Assembly (NCBI RefSeq): GCF_006345805.1
Contig: NC_043004.1
Span: 6,944,001 to 7,008,000, forward strand
DNA length: 64,000 bases
Direction of reading: 5' to 3'
Source of the DNA: Octopus sinensis
Lineage: Eukaryota
The translations under genes were made by a program, and so were the position numbers. Below the pieces are notes generated by a model that saw only the letters and a program-made list of their open reading frames with translations, ran no database searches and was not told the DNA's origin. Below, in pieces: positions 23,780 to 35,795 of this stretch (positions within the stretch are counted from its first letter, which is position 1; each line of letters opens with the position of its first letter).

Positions 23780-24300
23780 GTTGTTACAAAAACATAGAAA
23801 AAAGCAACTACAGAAGAAATTGATGGACCAACTTATGAAAGAAACCAATAACATTTATAGCACATTTGATTAGAAAGAAAACTAATTCAGGTGAGATACA
23901 GTTTGAATTTGTGCTAATGTAGGGTACTACTGATGCCCTTGTCCTAGTGTAAAAACTGCAGAAGTCTGAAGTCTTAGCTGAATATAAGTCATTATACTGA
24001 ACATTTGTTAACTGGGAGGAAGCCTGTTATAAAGTACTAAACACTGTAACCTGAAAGTCATTAAAATGAACTAGATGAAGAGGTAAAACTTGGGAGAGAG
24101 AAAGAGAGGGAGCTGTGTAAACTATGTACTAATATGGTATAAGCAAGGTGAAAGTTAGGAATAAGTTCAGTTAGAATATAGAATGCAGGTACATGCTGAC
24201 AGGGTTTGTTCATATTCATCATAATTCTCAAGCTCATAAACAGCGGTCATTAAAATTAGCTGTCTGTGAGAAATCTAAGTTAGCTGATGACATAATTCTC
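23780..24300 (+). pseudogene. Old RTE reverse-transcriptase fragment
   Basis: Broken frames resemble KLLDQVMKVTERV...MQFGFVPG..TTDAIFLV of the 37917-39350 ORF. Confidence 0.45.
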
Positions 24301-24431
24301 ACAGCTGAATCTGTCAAAATTTTAAAGAGGAAATTACAAATATTGAATAAAAATGTTTAATTGAGTGAGTGATTTCAAAGAATGCCCAGACATGACGAAA
24401 GTTTTAAAGTTTTAATCAAAGATAAACTGGG

Positions 24432-24750
24432 ACTCAGTTACAACAACAAAAGTTCCAGTTGATCTGATCGACAGAACAGCCTGCTTATGAAATTGACATG
24501 CAAGTGGCTGAGTGTACCACAGATATGTGTATCCATAAGGCAATTCTTAGGGAGATTAAATGTAACAAAGAATGCGATGAAGCAGGCCTTTTGAAATACG
24601 GGTACACACACGTTTTTTCCAACTGAGTGAACAGGAACATCATGAAATAAAGTATCTTGCTCAAGGAAGTAATGCACCATTGGGAATCGAAATATGACCT
24701 TATGGTCATGAGCCAAATACCCAAACCACTAATCCATGCGTCTTCACTTA
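24432..24750 (-). mobile_element. SINE family C, decayed
   Basis: Homologous to 18768-19125. Confidence 0.7.
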
Positions 24751-24967
24751 TAGTTAAAGGTAAAGAAGGCAAGTATTTCTCAGTAGTTCAGTGAGGGTGT
24801 GTGAAAACCTCTGAGTTTGCTGCTGCACCTCTAAAACCCTAGAAGCCTCTACAGCAGACCAAAAGTGCTGCCCTCATAAAAGTATCATTGAAAATTTGCT
24901 GTAAATTCAAATATCAAAATATTATACATCATCCATTAAACATTGCTATTTACTCTATTTTCAAGAA

Positions 24968-25184
24968 TATTCTTTTCTGCTCTAGGCACAAGACATGAAA
25001 TTTTGGGGAAGGGGGCCAGTTGATTAGATTGACCCTAGTACACAAGTGGTACTTAATTTATCGACCCCAGAAGGCTGAAAGGCAAAGTTGACCTTGGCAG
25101 AATTTGAACTCAGAATGTAAAGACAGATGAAATACTGCTAAGTATTTTGCCTGGATTGCTAACGTTTCTGCCAGCTCACCGCTT
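24968..25184 (-). mobile_element. SINE family B
   Basis: Reverse complement of family B with CpG-to-TpG decay. Confidence 0.8.
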
Positions 25185-25367
25185 TACTCTATTTTTCAAG
25201 ATATTCCTTTAATTATTCCCATGTTGGTTCAGGTTCAGTCCTACTGCTTGGCATCTTGAGCCAGAGTCTTCTGCTATTCCCTGGGCCACCCAGTGCCTTG
25301 TGAGTGAATTTGGTAGATGGAAATGATGTGGAAGTCCATCATATAAAATCTCTATTTTTTTTTAAAA

Positions 25368-25660
25368 TCTTTTACTTGTTTCAGTCATTGGACTGTAGCC
25401 ATGCTGGAAAACTGCCTTGAAGGGTTTTAGTCAAAAAGGATTGATCTCAGTATTGATTTTTAAAATCTGGCACTTACTCTGTCAGTCTCTTTTGCTGAAC
25501 CACAAGGATTATAGGGATGTAAACATACTAACATCAGCTGTCAGGCAGTTGTAGGTGACAATTACAAACACAAAGACACAGACAGACACACATACAGAGG
25601 CACACACACACATATACAATGGGCTTCTTTCAGTTTCTGTCTACCAAATCCACTCACAAT
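25368..25660 (-). mobile_element. SINE family A, 3' part
   Basis: Tail and body homology. Confidence 0.75.
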
Positions 25661-25817
25661 GTGTCACACTGTGGGTTTCTGATAGATATTCATGTCAATG
25701 TGTATGTGGGACTGTCTGCTGTGTATGTACGAGTGTATATGTGTGTTTGCATGCGATATCACACACACACACACACACGTATATATGTATGTATGTGTGT
25801 GTGTGTAGATATATATA

Positions 25818-25980
25818 CTCACGGAGTGGTTGGCGTTAGGAAGGGCATCTAGCTGTAAAAACACTGCCAGATCAGACTGGAGCCTGGTGCAGCCTCATGG
25901 CTTCCCAGACCCCAGTTGAACCGTCCAACCCGTGCTAGCACGGAAAACAGACGTTAAACGATGATGATGATGATGATGAT
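25818..25980 (+). mobile_element. RTE 3' end
   Basis: cggagtggttggcgttaggaagggcatc...gacgttaaacgatgatgatg. Confidence 0.85.
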
Positions 25981-26590
25981 ATATGCATGAAAAGAGTGTG
26001 TTAAATCTTTATATGTTGATCCTTAGCATATGTTATAAATAAATAAATTGTCCTAAGCTTTGTGTGTGTGTGTCTTTTGTGTATGTGATTGATTGTATGT
26101 GTGTGTGTGTGTTTGCTATGTCATATATGTGGATAAGGAAAAGGAGTGTGCTACAATTTTTGTGAGCACATGTATGTTAAACCTTTCTGAAGTGTTTAAA
26201 TCTTAGTATATATATTTATATACTCCTACATAATGCTTGGTGTATATGTTCCTGAATATAATGGGAATTTCAGACAGTCTGTAAATACCACTGCTGACAT
26301 CATTTCAAGATTGAGTAGATTCACTAGGAGTGGTAAGTGAATGAACCAGGTTATAGATGTTTAACAAAACAAGTAACCCAGCCAGCTAACACAGAAAAAA
26401 CCCAGTCAACAAAGTGGGTTTCTTTTTTTAGTGCTGTTGTTTACTGGGAATTTTTTATCACCAAATCTCTTGCTTTTGGAGTTTAGGTCAGCCAATTGAA
26501 ATAGTGTAGTAGTATAGAGAAATCAAGAGGAAGACATTATATCTCAGCTATAGCTGATTTTCCACTGGCTTACAGCTTTCACATGCTTGC

Positions 26591-26595
<5 letters not shown>

Positions 26596-26643
<48 letters not shown>

Positions 26644-26672
26644 TATATGTATACATATACATATATATATAC

Positions 26673-26727
<55 letters not shown>

Positions 26728-26789
26728 CATATATGTGTGTGTGTGCATATATACATCACTTATGTACACACCTTGTATACATATACCAC

Positions 26790-26847
<58 letters not shown>

Positions 26848-26954
26848 ATGAAATACAAATATATAAATATTTGAGACAATCACTTATATAAACACACACA
26901 AATACACACACACCATCATCGTAAACATTTTTAGTTTTGTCCATCCACTTTCCA

Positions 26955-27023
<69 letters not shown>

Positions 27024-27135
27024 TATATATATGTATACATACATATATGTATGTATGTATATATATGTATACATACATGTATGTATGTATGTATGTATAC
27101 ATACATGTATGTATGTATGTATGTATACATATATG
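26596..27135. repeat. Compound microsatellite (CT)n, (CA)n, (TA)n, (TG)n, (TATG)n
   Basis: Direct inspection. Confidence 0.95.
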
Positions 27136-27187
27136 TCTGCTATAATGAATCCATAAACACATATAAAACATCCAAAGGTATAATTTT

Positions 27188-27330
27188 TTTCCTCTGCAGC
27201 TATTATGCTCAGGTCATATAAATTTAATATTTACTGAGGATTAATTGAAACAGCTGTAAGGGATGATGATTAATTTGCTGTTAATAATAAACAATTATTA
27301 ACTTTCCAATCTCCATTTTCTTTTGCTTCT
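27188..27330 (+). mobile_element. PLE-type terminal repeat relic with a mutated hammerhead
   Basis: ttttcct-ctgcagc (core mutated)...tgaaacagctgta-agggat; related to 30701-30840. Confidence 0.5.
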
Positions 27331-27841
27331 CTTATATATGCGCATGTGTATGTATGTGAGTATCTATATATGTATTTATATATACACACACAGACATATC
27401 ACACATACACACACACATTTACATATATACAAGATACACTTAACTATATATATTAAAGACATATTTCATATACAAACATCACATTTTCTTTATTGGTTTT
27501 GCTTGAGGAAGAGAGGGCTATGCCCTATGGCCTTTGCAAGCCTGCCAAAACTGCAGACGTATATGTACAATGTATCTATATACAATTAATAAGTTAGATG
27601 TAAGACATACAATCATTGAACATCCATTTACATATAAATATGCATGTACACACATACTTTATATATGTATATTAGATATACATATTTTGCACATATATAT
27701 ATTTTACACATTCATGTGTATGTATGTATGTATGTATGTATATGTGTTTATGTATATATATATACATATATATTAGATATAGTATATTTATATGCACTAT
27801 TGGCAGAGAAAAAAATGACCATCCAGAAATATAACAAGTTA

Positions 27842-27874
<33 letters not shown>

Positions 27875-27944
27875 ATGTTTGTGTATGTGTGTGTATATAT
27901 ATATATATATATGATATAATATATATATAGATATATAAATCCTT

Positions 27945-28965
27945 AAAAAAATGTTTTAGCCCGAAGGCCGCGGCCATGCTGGGGCACCACCGCTGAATGA
28001 GCCACACTAGTTTGTGAATCCACCTCTGATACGTGGCACTTGATCAACAAGGGAGTTCGATGCTGCTGCCCGCATCCGTGTCTCCTGTCGTGAGGTAGGT
28101 TCATCTGGGACTCCCAACAAGAAGAGATCCAGTTTAGTTTTAAAGAAACCCACATCCACACCATGTAAGTCTCTCAGGCATTTAGGGAGGATGTTGAAAA
28201 GCTGTGGTCCTCTGAAACCCAAGCTGTTGCAGTATCTGGACCTGTATTTTGATGGTGATGTTGGAATCCTTGGCACCACGCAGCGGCGCCCCGTTCTGCG
28301 GTTGGAGTAACTTTGAATGCCAAAGTTTGGGATAAGACCCTCCAGGATTTTCCAGATGTATATTACTGCATATCTCTCCCGCCTCCGCTCCAGGGAGAAG
28401 AGGTTTAATACCTTCAGTCTTTCCCAGTAGCTGACATTTTGCATTGAGACGATTTTCTTTGTGTAGCTTCTCTGAGTTGCTTCGAGTTCTGCTGTTTGTT
28501 TTATATTGTGTGGTGACCAAAGTTGGGAGCAGTAGTCCAAGCGGCTGAGGACAAATGTTTTCCATAGGACCATCAGTGTCTCCTTCTCTCTTGTTCTGAA
28601 AGTTCGGAGAATCCATCCAGCTAGCCGTCTGCATTTTATCACCAGATTAGCAATATGCATTTGGAAAGATGCATCATTGCTCATGTCAATGCCCAGGTCA
28701 CGCACTGATTTTGACTCAGGGATTGCAATTCTTCCTGGGCCAGTGTATCCAGTCTTCACGTCATTTACTTTTGTGTGCCAGTAGCGCAGGGCCTGGAACT
28801 TACCTGCATTAAACTGCATGTTGTTGTCCTCAGCCCACCTGTATATTGTGTCCAGCTCATGTTGCAGATGCGCAATATTTTCAGGGTTCTGTATTGCGTG
28901 GGAGACCTTTGTGTCATCTGCATAGCTAGCAAGGGTGGTCATCGTAGCAACTGAAGGCATGTCTA
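27945..28965 (-). mobile_element. CR1-clade (Zenon-like) LINE, 5'-truncated, young
   Basis: Uninterrupted 317-aa frame, short 3' UTR, (TA)n on both sides, CpGs retained. Confidence 0.9.
28007..28960 (-). CDS. C-terminal part of LINE ORF2 (RT YADD motif, thumb and C-terminal region)
   Basis: SYADDTK, VRDLGI, LSRLDYCSQLWSPH, SYWERLKVLNLFSLERRRER, LDLFLLGVPDEP; truncated just before YADD, so not autonomous. Confidence 0.85.
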   Translation of the reverse strand: MPSVATMTTLASYADDTKVSHAIQNPENIAHLQHELDTIYRWAEDNNMQFNAGKFQALRYWHTKVNDVKTGYTGPGRIAIPESKSVRDLGIDMSNDASFQMHIANLVIKCRRLAGWILRTFRTREKETLMVLWKTFVLSRLDYCSQLWSPHNIKQTAELEATQRSYTKKIVSMQNVSYWERLKVLNLFSLERRRERYAVIYIWKILEGLIPNFGIQSYSNRRTGRRCVVPRIPTSPSKYRSRYCNSLGFRGPQLFNILPKCLRDLHGVDVGFFKTKLDLFLLGVPDEPTSRQETRMRAAASNSLVDQVPRIRGGFTN

Positions 28966-29279
28966 ATATATATATATATATATATATGTATGTGTATATA
29001 TATATATATATACAAGCAAGCCCCCCTTTCCAATGGACAGTGCTGAGTTGTCAAACATTTAAACCAAATTTTCTCAAAACAACTTGTCCAACTGTCCCAT
29101 AGGCCTCACCTTTCAGAAACACTGATTTAACCTAAATTTGAAACACTAACAAAAGAAGAAATAAAGATAAACTTTTTTCTATTCTAAAGAAAAACGATTT
29201 TATTCACACAAATATGCAACTGAAAAGTTTAAAGTACCAATAATCATAATGCTGTTGACTGGAAGAACACAAACATGGT

Positions 29280-29730
29280 TTAAATAGTTCTTTTTCATTA
29301 AAAAATAATTAAGCATGCCTTTATTTCAATAAAAGGCAAGAAAAAAACTTCTTGAGAAACCAAATAGTCTTTCCTTCCTTCATGACAAGTTTGAAGAAAA
29401 TATCTCTTTTGCATTTTACTTTTTTGGTCTCTTAAATATACTGCATTTTGTGGCATTATTTCAAGCCAGCTGGGTTTTTTGCACAAACTGCATGTGCATT
29501 TTTCTCACGTATGCGTAGTATCGATCGCAACAGCTGATGTACTTGCGCATATAAATGCACATTCCCACAGCTTTATCGATCGCATTCTCACCTGGAATTG
29601 ATTTTTGTAATTTTTTAAGACTTATACATGCCCTGATACCGTCGGTATCTACATATCAAATTTGAGCGCAATTGGATGGAGGATGCCCGAGATCCTTGAA
29701 GACACACACACAGACAGACAGAATGGATTT
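29280..29730. mobile_element. Possible non-autonomous Helitron/Helentron-type relic
   Basis: CpG-rich patch, palindrome gataccg-t-cggtatc (29635-29649), caaatttgagcgcaattgg...acagacagacagaatggattttata end; family recognition from memory only. Confidence 0.3.
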
Positions 29731-30281
29731 TATATAATATATATATATATTATATAAAATTTGAAAAATCCACCAGAAAGGATGCAGTTTGAAAAATCCA
29801 CCAGAATGGACGAAAGCGCTAATATATGATATATGATATAAGTTAAATGATGTATAAAAACATGTAATAGACAAATATATATATATATATATTGTAAATA
29901 TATATTAGATATTTGCTTTAAATCGTAACCTGTATATACATGAAACACCTACTAACCTATATAGAACATCACACAAATACACCCACATGCAGACTTGCCA
30001 AAAACAGTACACAGGCCCAACCCCTCCTCAGCTCATCCCATTTAGAAAAATGACTCTGTGATAGGGGTGGAATATAAAGGGTCTGTAGTATAAGTGTACA
30101 CGTCTGTATGAATGCCCGTGCGCACATGTGCCCATGTGTGTGTGTGCACATGCGTGTTATCTCAGCTATTCAGTTATCAGCTAAAGGGTATGCTACCCAG
30201 TTTTCACCGCAAAGATTTAGCTATCAACATCTGTGTGTCCGTGTACAAAAGCATATCATATAGATACATGCATACACACAC

Positions 30282-30553
30282 ATCATCATCATCGTCACCA
30301 TCAACATCATCATTTAGCATCTGTTTTCTCTGCTGGCATCGGTTAGATGGTGTGACCGGAACTGGTAAGCCAGAGAGTTTTACCAAGGTCCAGTTTGGTT
30401 TTGGTTTGGTTTCTCCAACTGGATGCCCTTTTTAATGCTAACCATTACAAGAGTGTAGTTGGTTCCTTTTACATATCACTAGCACTGTCCACAACTATAA
30501 TTTCACTTGGCCTGATGAATCTTCTCAATCACTGCAAACCACCAAAAGTCTCA

Positions 30554-30555
<2 letters not shown>
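30282..30555 (-). repeat. Diverged RTE-related 3' end
   Basis: (CAT)n plus ctggatgcccttttaatgctaacc. Confidence 0.5.
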
Positions 30556-30642
<87 letters not shown>

Positions 30643-30700
30643 GAATCTGCTGAGATGATTTGAGAACACAATACCTAATAACCTATTGGTATATCTTTTC

Positions 30701-30790
30701 TATCCCTCTGATGAGATTTTGTCTAATATAATGGTTTAATTATTGTAATTTAATCTTTAGGCTAAATTGAAACAGCTGTAAGACAATATG
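30701..30790 (+). ncRNA. Candidate minimal hammerhead ribozyme (complete core, weakened stem I)
   Basis: uaucccu-CUGAUGA (30708-30714), stem II gauuuugucuaa/uuaggcuaaauu (11 of 12 pairs), GAAA (30769-30772), palindromic ACAGCUGU, GUA site. Confidence 0.6.
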
Positions 30791-30951
30791 TTGCAGTTAA
30801 TAAATTATATTAATGCTACATCTCCATTTTCTAAATTTTCTTTACATATATATATATATATATATAATATATATATATATATTATATATATATATACACG
30901 CACAAATATATACATATATGTGTGTGTGTTTGTGTGCATGCATGTATGTGC

Positions 30952-30983
<32 letters not shown>

Positions 30984-31904
30984 GATACAAAAATATGCAC
31001 ACTCATGTATCCTAGAGTGGACACACTATTTTAAAGTGCATATTTGGCATTAACATCAGGCTTTTGAATATGGTAATTATTATTTACTGTGTTTTTGTAT
31101 GTGTATGTGTGTGTGTGTATTCATATGTGTGTGCATATCTTATGATTTTACCAAACCATAGTGATACTAATAACTTGTTAGAACTCAATATACACATACT
31201 TTAGAGTAAAATATTAGGTAAGTGCAAAGCATAATCTTAAATATTGAATGACAAGAGAACAGGAGTCACATAATCAACTTCATTAGCTTGCAGTTGTTTC
31301 TGCTACAAAAAGAGCATTCTCAGAACTGAGTGTTTTGTAACATCCTATAGCAGAATTAACTGTAAGCTAATAAAGGTGATTATGTGACTGCTGTTCTCTT
31401 GTCATTAGTTGATATATATATATTCGTTTTTACATAGTTTTATGTAATACCATACTTTTTTGTCTTGCACTATTCTCAATGCTTGTCAACACTTGAAGGT
31501 TAATAAAGAAAATCTTATTATTATTAATACTATTATTATTATTATTATATTATTATTATTATTATATTATTATTATTATTATTATTATCATCATTATCAC
31601 GTTCTTTCAATTCTGTTTCCATTTCTTGCCGAGTGTCTTCCTGAAACCTAGGGCAGAGAAACTCACTGTATACATTGTTAGGCCATTCAAATAAAGACAC
31701 CAGATTATTCATTTACAGAGTAATGTAATAGAGAAAAGGGGGAAGAAAGACAGAGAGAAAAAGGAAAAAAGAAAAAATGAAAAAGTAAACAAAGAAAATA
31801 AAGGGGGAAAAAAGAAAGAAAATTCACAGCAATAATGCTCTTCTCAGTGCATGTGACATACCAGTTAAGACAATCTTTTGCACTTCCCGAAAACATGGTT
31901 AGCC

Positions 31905-32695
31905 AGGGATCATTCTCAAATAATTATCAGTTTTATTTTAATCATTCCAAGTGCTCCTACAATCACTGGTATTGTAACTGTCTTGAGATGCCACATCTTT
32001 TCGGTTTTGATTAGCAAATCTTTACATTTTCTGAGCTTATCTAATTCTTTTGCCAGGATATTATGATCACAATGTATGCTCATGTCAATCAATAAGCAAA
32101 ATTTATTGTTTTGGTCTTTCACAACAATATCTGGTTTATTAGCTCTGATGGTCTGGTCTGTACATACTGGAAAGTCCCAAAGAATCATTACATTTCCTCC
32201 CTCAGTTACAGCCTCAGCTTGTACCATTTGTCAGTAGTTTTGATTTTATAATGCCAACATGTCATCCAGTGTAGATATTGACCAACCCTGTTACATCTTG
32301 ATTTATACTCTACACCCAGAGATTATGTGGTTCACAGAGATAAAACCTTACACCCAGAGATTATGTGGTCCACTGTTTCAATCCCATCGTTGCAGTATTA
32401 GCACTTTGGGTCTACTCCATTTTTCATCATATTGGTTTGATAGTTCCAGGTAAATAAACTCTGACCTTGAGCAGCCAAGATAAAGCTTTCACTCTGAGCT
32501 TCATAGCCACTGATGGATGTGCTTCTGGTCTACATCAGCTTATTTGTTACAGGACATGCAGAGGTTTTTGTTTCCACCTCTCAGCCAATTGTTTAAATGC
32601 ATTTTGCTTTGCTTTTGATTTCGCATTCTTTGCAACTACAGTTGCTGCACTTCCATCATGCTGTTCAACCTGAGTATCATACTATTTAACCAGGG
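31905..32695 (-). pseudogene. R4/Dong-type non-LTR element fragment with restriction-like endonuclease domain
   Basis: ILWDFPVCTDQTIRANKPDIVVKD...CLLIDMS...VTIPVIVGALG; 5' end abuts (ATT)n at 32700-32723. Confidence 0.75.
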
Positions 32696-34237
32696 TATTG
32701 TTATTATTATTATTATTATTATTAGCTTACTCGACAAAGTGCTTAGCAGTATTTCATTTATCTTTACATTCTGAGTTTAAATTCCTCCAAGATCAACTCT
32801 GCCCCTCCTCATCCTTTCAGGGTCAATGAAATTAGTACCACTTAAGCACTTGGGTCAATGTAATCAACTAGTCCTTCCCACAAAATTTCAGACCTTGTGC
32901 CTATAGTAGAACGGATCCTCCTCTTCCTTGTCATCATTATTATTATCATTATTACCATCATTAATATTATTGTTATAGATCTTTGTCAGTAAAATGTTCA
33001 ATATCTTTTCAAGTATTTTACTTAGGTTCTATAAAGAAAAGAAAAAAATTCCATGAATTTCCTTCAGACTGGAATCATTTCCATCTTTAATTAAATATCA
33101 TATCTCACAAAATGTTTAACGAATAATTCACAATCTATGTCATGCTGATGATTTCTAAATAGAATGAAACAGTACTAAACATGATTACCAATGACTAAAA
33201 ATTTTAAGAACTTCACATCAGGTAAACCAAAAAGTAACAATACTAAATATGTGAATTCTATGCATGTTTTTCCTTGTAACTTTTAATTTCAGTTTCAAAT
33301 TTCTTATCCTGCTTTGTATTATGATGAAATGATTATCTCCCTTATAATAGCTGGGACCATAAGAGGGACGATATATATTAATTTTCTGGTTAGATTTTTT
33401 TTCTATGTAAAAGTTTGGTTCTTTGCAATTTCTATAATTTCCGATTGTTTTTAATTTGTAATGTCTGGTTTAATTCTTAGAATGTTATTACTTTCTGAAT
33501 TGTTCCAGTGTTGTGCTTGTGTGTGTGTGTGTGTGTATGTGTGTGTATGCATGCTTGTGAGTGTGTGTGCATGCAGAAGGAGTTAAAATAGATACTTCCT
33601 CAGAAGAAAGAGACTAGCTATATGATACTCTTGTGTCAAAAAGTGTGCCACTCTTAGGCAAGAGAAGCTGGTGAAAACTCAAATATTCTGAAGTGGAACT
33701 AGATGAAAAATTTTACACAGGATGTACGCCGTCTGTTTAAAGCTTAAAGACTGAATTCAGGTCATATAACAAAATGAGTCACTAAGTATTGTTTATAAAT
33801 GTTAAATTAAAGAAGTAATGATAGGAAAGAAAAGACTGATTTTGGATCATTAAGGTTCCATGGAAAGATATTCAGAGTTGCAATAAAGACAAGAAAAAAA
33901 AGCAGAGAAAAATCAAGGAATACAAGAAATAAGAACTGGAATAAGATAGCTAGAATTCACTAAGGAAATAATTAGATCAAATTATAAAGGAGTATTCTAC
34001 CAGATATAAGTGATGTCTATAGAAAAACTTGAATCAGTTTTATTTCTATAAATGTTGACATTTGTCTTTTTATTCTTCTAATGTCTTTCCTTCCTCCTTT
34101 AAAGGCATTATTAAGATTACTTTGTAAGATTTTATACATCCATCTATATTTGTCTGTCTATCTGTTTCTTTCTCTCTCTCTCTACATATATATGTATGTG
34201 TGCCAGCATGGAAGACATATGTTTAAAGGATGATTGA

Positions 34238-34275
<38 letters not shown>

Positions 34276-34277
<2 letters not shown>

Positions 34278-35756
34278 ATTGAATACACATTAAGAAAGAG
34301 TCACTAATAGTTTCATGCTTTTATGATACTTTAAATAAGGAGATTAAAAAAAACACACCATGTATCTCTGAGCAATCTTTCAGGCTCTGTTTTATGTGCT
34401 AAATATATTTTAAAACCCAGGATGCTGGATAGTGAAAAAATAAGAAAAATGAGAAGAAAAGCATGAAGAAGGTTGATGCAAAAAATGGAACAAGAAATGA
34501 AAGCAAGAAAATGAAGATCCCCATCCTCCCTGATTGCAGAAACCACAATTAATTTAGGTGGTGTACAACAATATAACAGAAAAAAATGCCAAAGTTTGTA
34601 AGACAACAATTCAACCTGGAGGAGGTGGGCATCCTCCAATTCAACAAAAGATACCTGTCAATGTGTTTGCACCTTCTAAAAATTTCATATCTGGAATTAA
34701 GCAGTGTGGAGAAATTCTTGGATTTAAGAAAAATGTGAGATCTTTCTGCTATATATAAATTGCATTTTTTAAATAGCTCCATTAGTATATGGCTTGAATT
34801 CCTCCACGATTCTCTGCTTGATTGTATGTGGTGTAGAGTTGGTCTTCAAACCCCATACATGGCTAGCCAACATGGTTGCATTACTTTTATCAATGTGCCA
34901 GGAAGATAGGTGGTTTGCATAACGTTTTTTGAAATTGCCTTCACATAACCTGATGTAATTCTTCTTTTCTTGATGTATTGTTGTTACTTCTACCTCATAT
35001 ATGATGGAGTTTAATCATACTGGTCGAGTGGGCAAGCTTCAGCAACTCAACGATTACAACCAGGAGTGAGCTCTCTGTGATGTTCACAAGTTATAATGTT
35101 CTTTATATTAGGGCTGCAGCTGCATGATATTTTGAGCATGTATTAAAAATCCTCCTGTATTTGTGATTTATTAGAAAATACTTATCTAAGAGAGAGAGGA
35201 ATTTATTGCCTATTTTAGTTTTAACATTTAGGTAGTGGGTGAATCAAATTATTTTCTTAGTTCTGTTTTTATGATATCCATTTTTACTTGAAGGATTGTA
35301 ATGAAAGATTTGGTATTCTATTACAAATGTTAGCTATCAGGTTTTTAAACACTATACGGGTGTGACTGGACTGTTTATGTCTATATGAGAGTTTCTCATT
35401 TGGTTTATGATACAGTTTATAAGAGTGAGAGTTTAGATAAAGACAAGCTTCTAAAAAAAATCGACTTTTGTCAGATTAATAGTTACAGTGATTTTAAGTC
35501 CTAATTGACTAACAGTATCAATAAGTTTTTTTCCTAAATTTAACAAGAGCATGACCTTCACAATCACAAGATATTCCCAACCCATCATCTTAGTATAGAC
35601 CAACATTGTAGGATGAGAACTTGGATCTCAATGTATTTAATATAAAGAGATCCACAAGATCGTAGATGCAATAAATCCACCATGAATTATAAATTTTACT
35701 GAACAAGAATCTCCATGGAATAATATGAGGTACAAAAACATCACAAAAATACAAAC
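34276..35756 (-). mobile_element. Degraded 5'-truncated Penelope-like element, copy 1
   Basis: Broken frames: GLY*DDGLGI (RT), KITVTINLTKVDF, KNYIRLCEGNFKKRYANH (GIY-YIG-type), KKCNLYIAERSHI...LLNSRYEIFRRCKH. Confidence 0.85.
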
Positions 35757-35795
35757 ATATATATATATATATATATATAATATATATATATATAT

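Noticed and set aside
34276-34560. Hammerhead in the 3' end of the duplicated Penelope relic
   Set aside because: Only very degenerate matches on the sense strand
34331-34758. ORFs 34331-34639 (-) and 34558-34758 (+), and their duplicates, as host genes
   Set aside because: Off-frame or antisense readings of the PLE relic and its UTR
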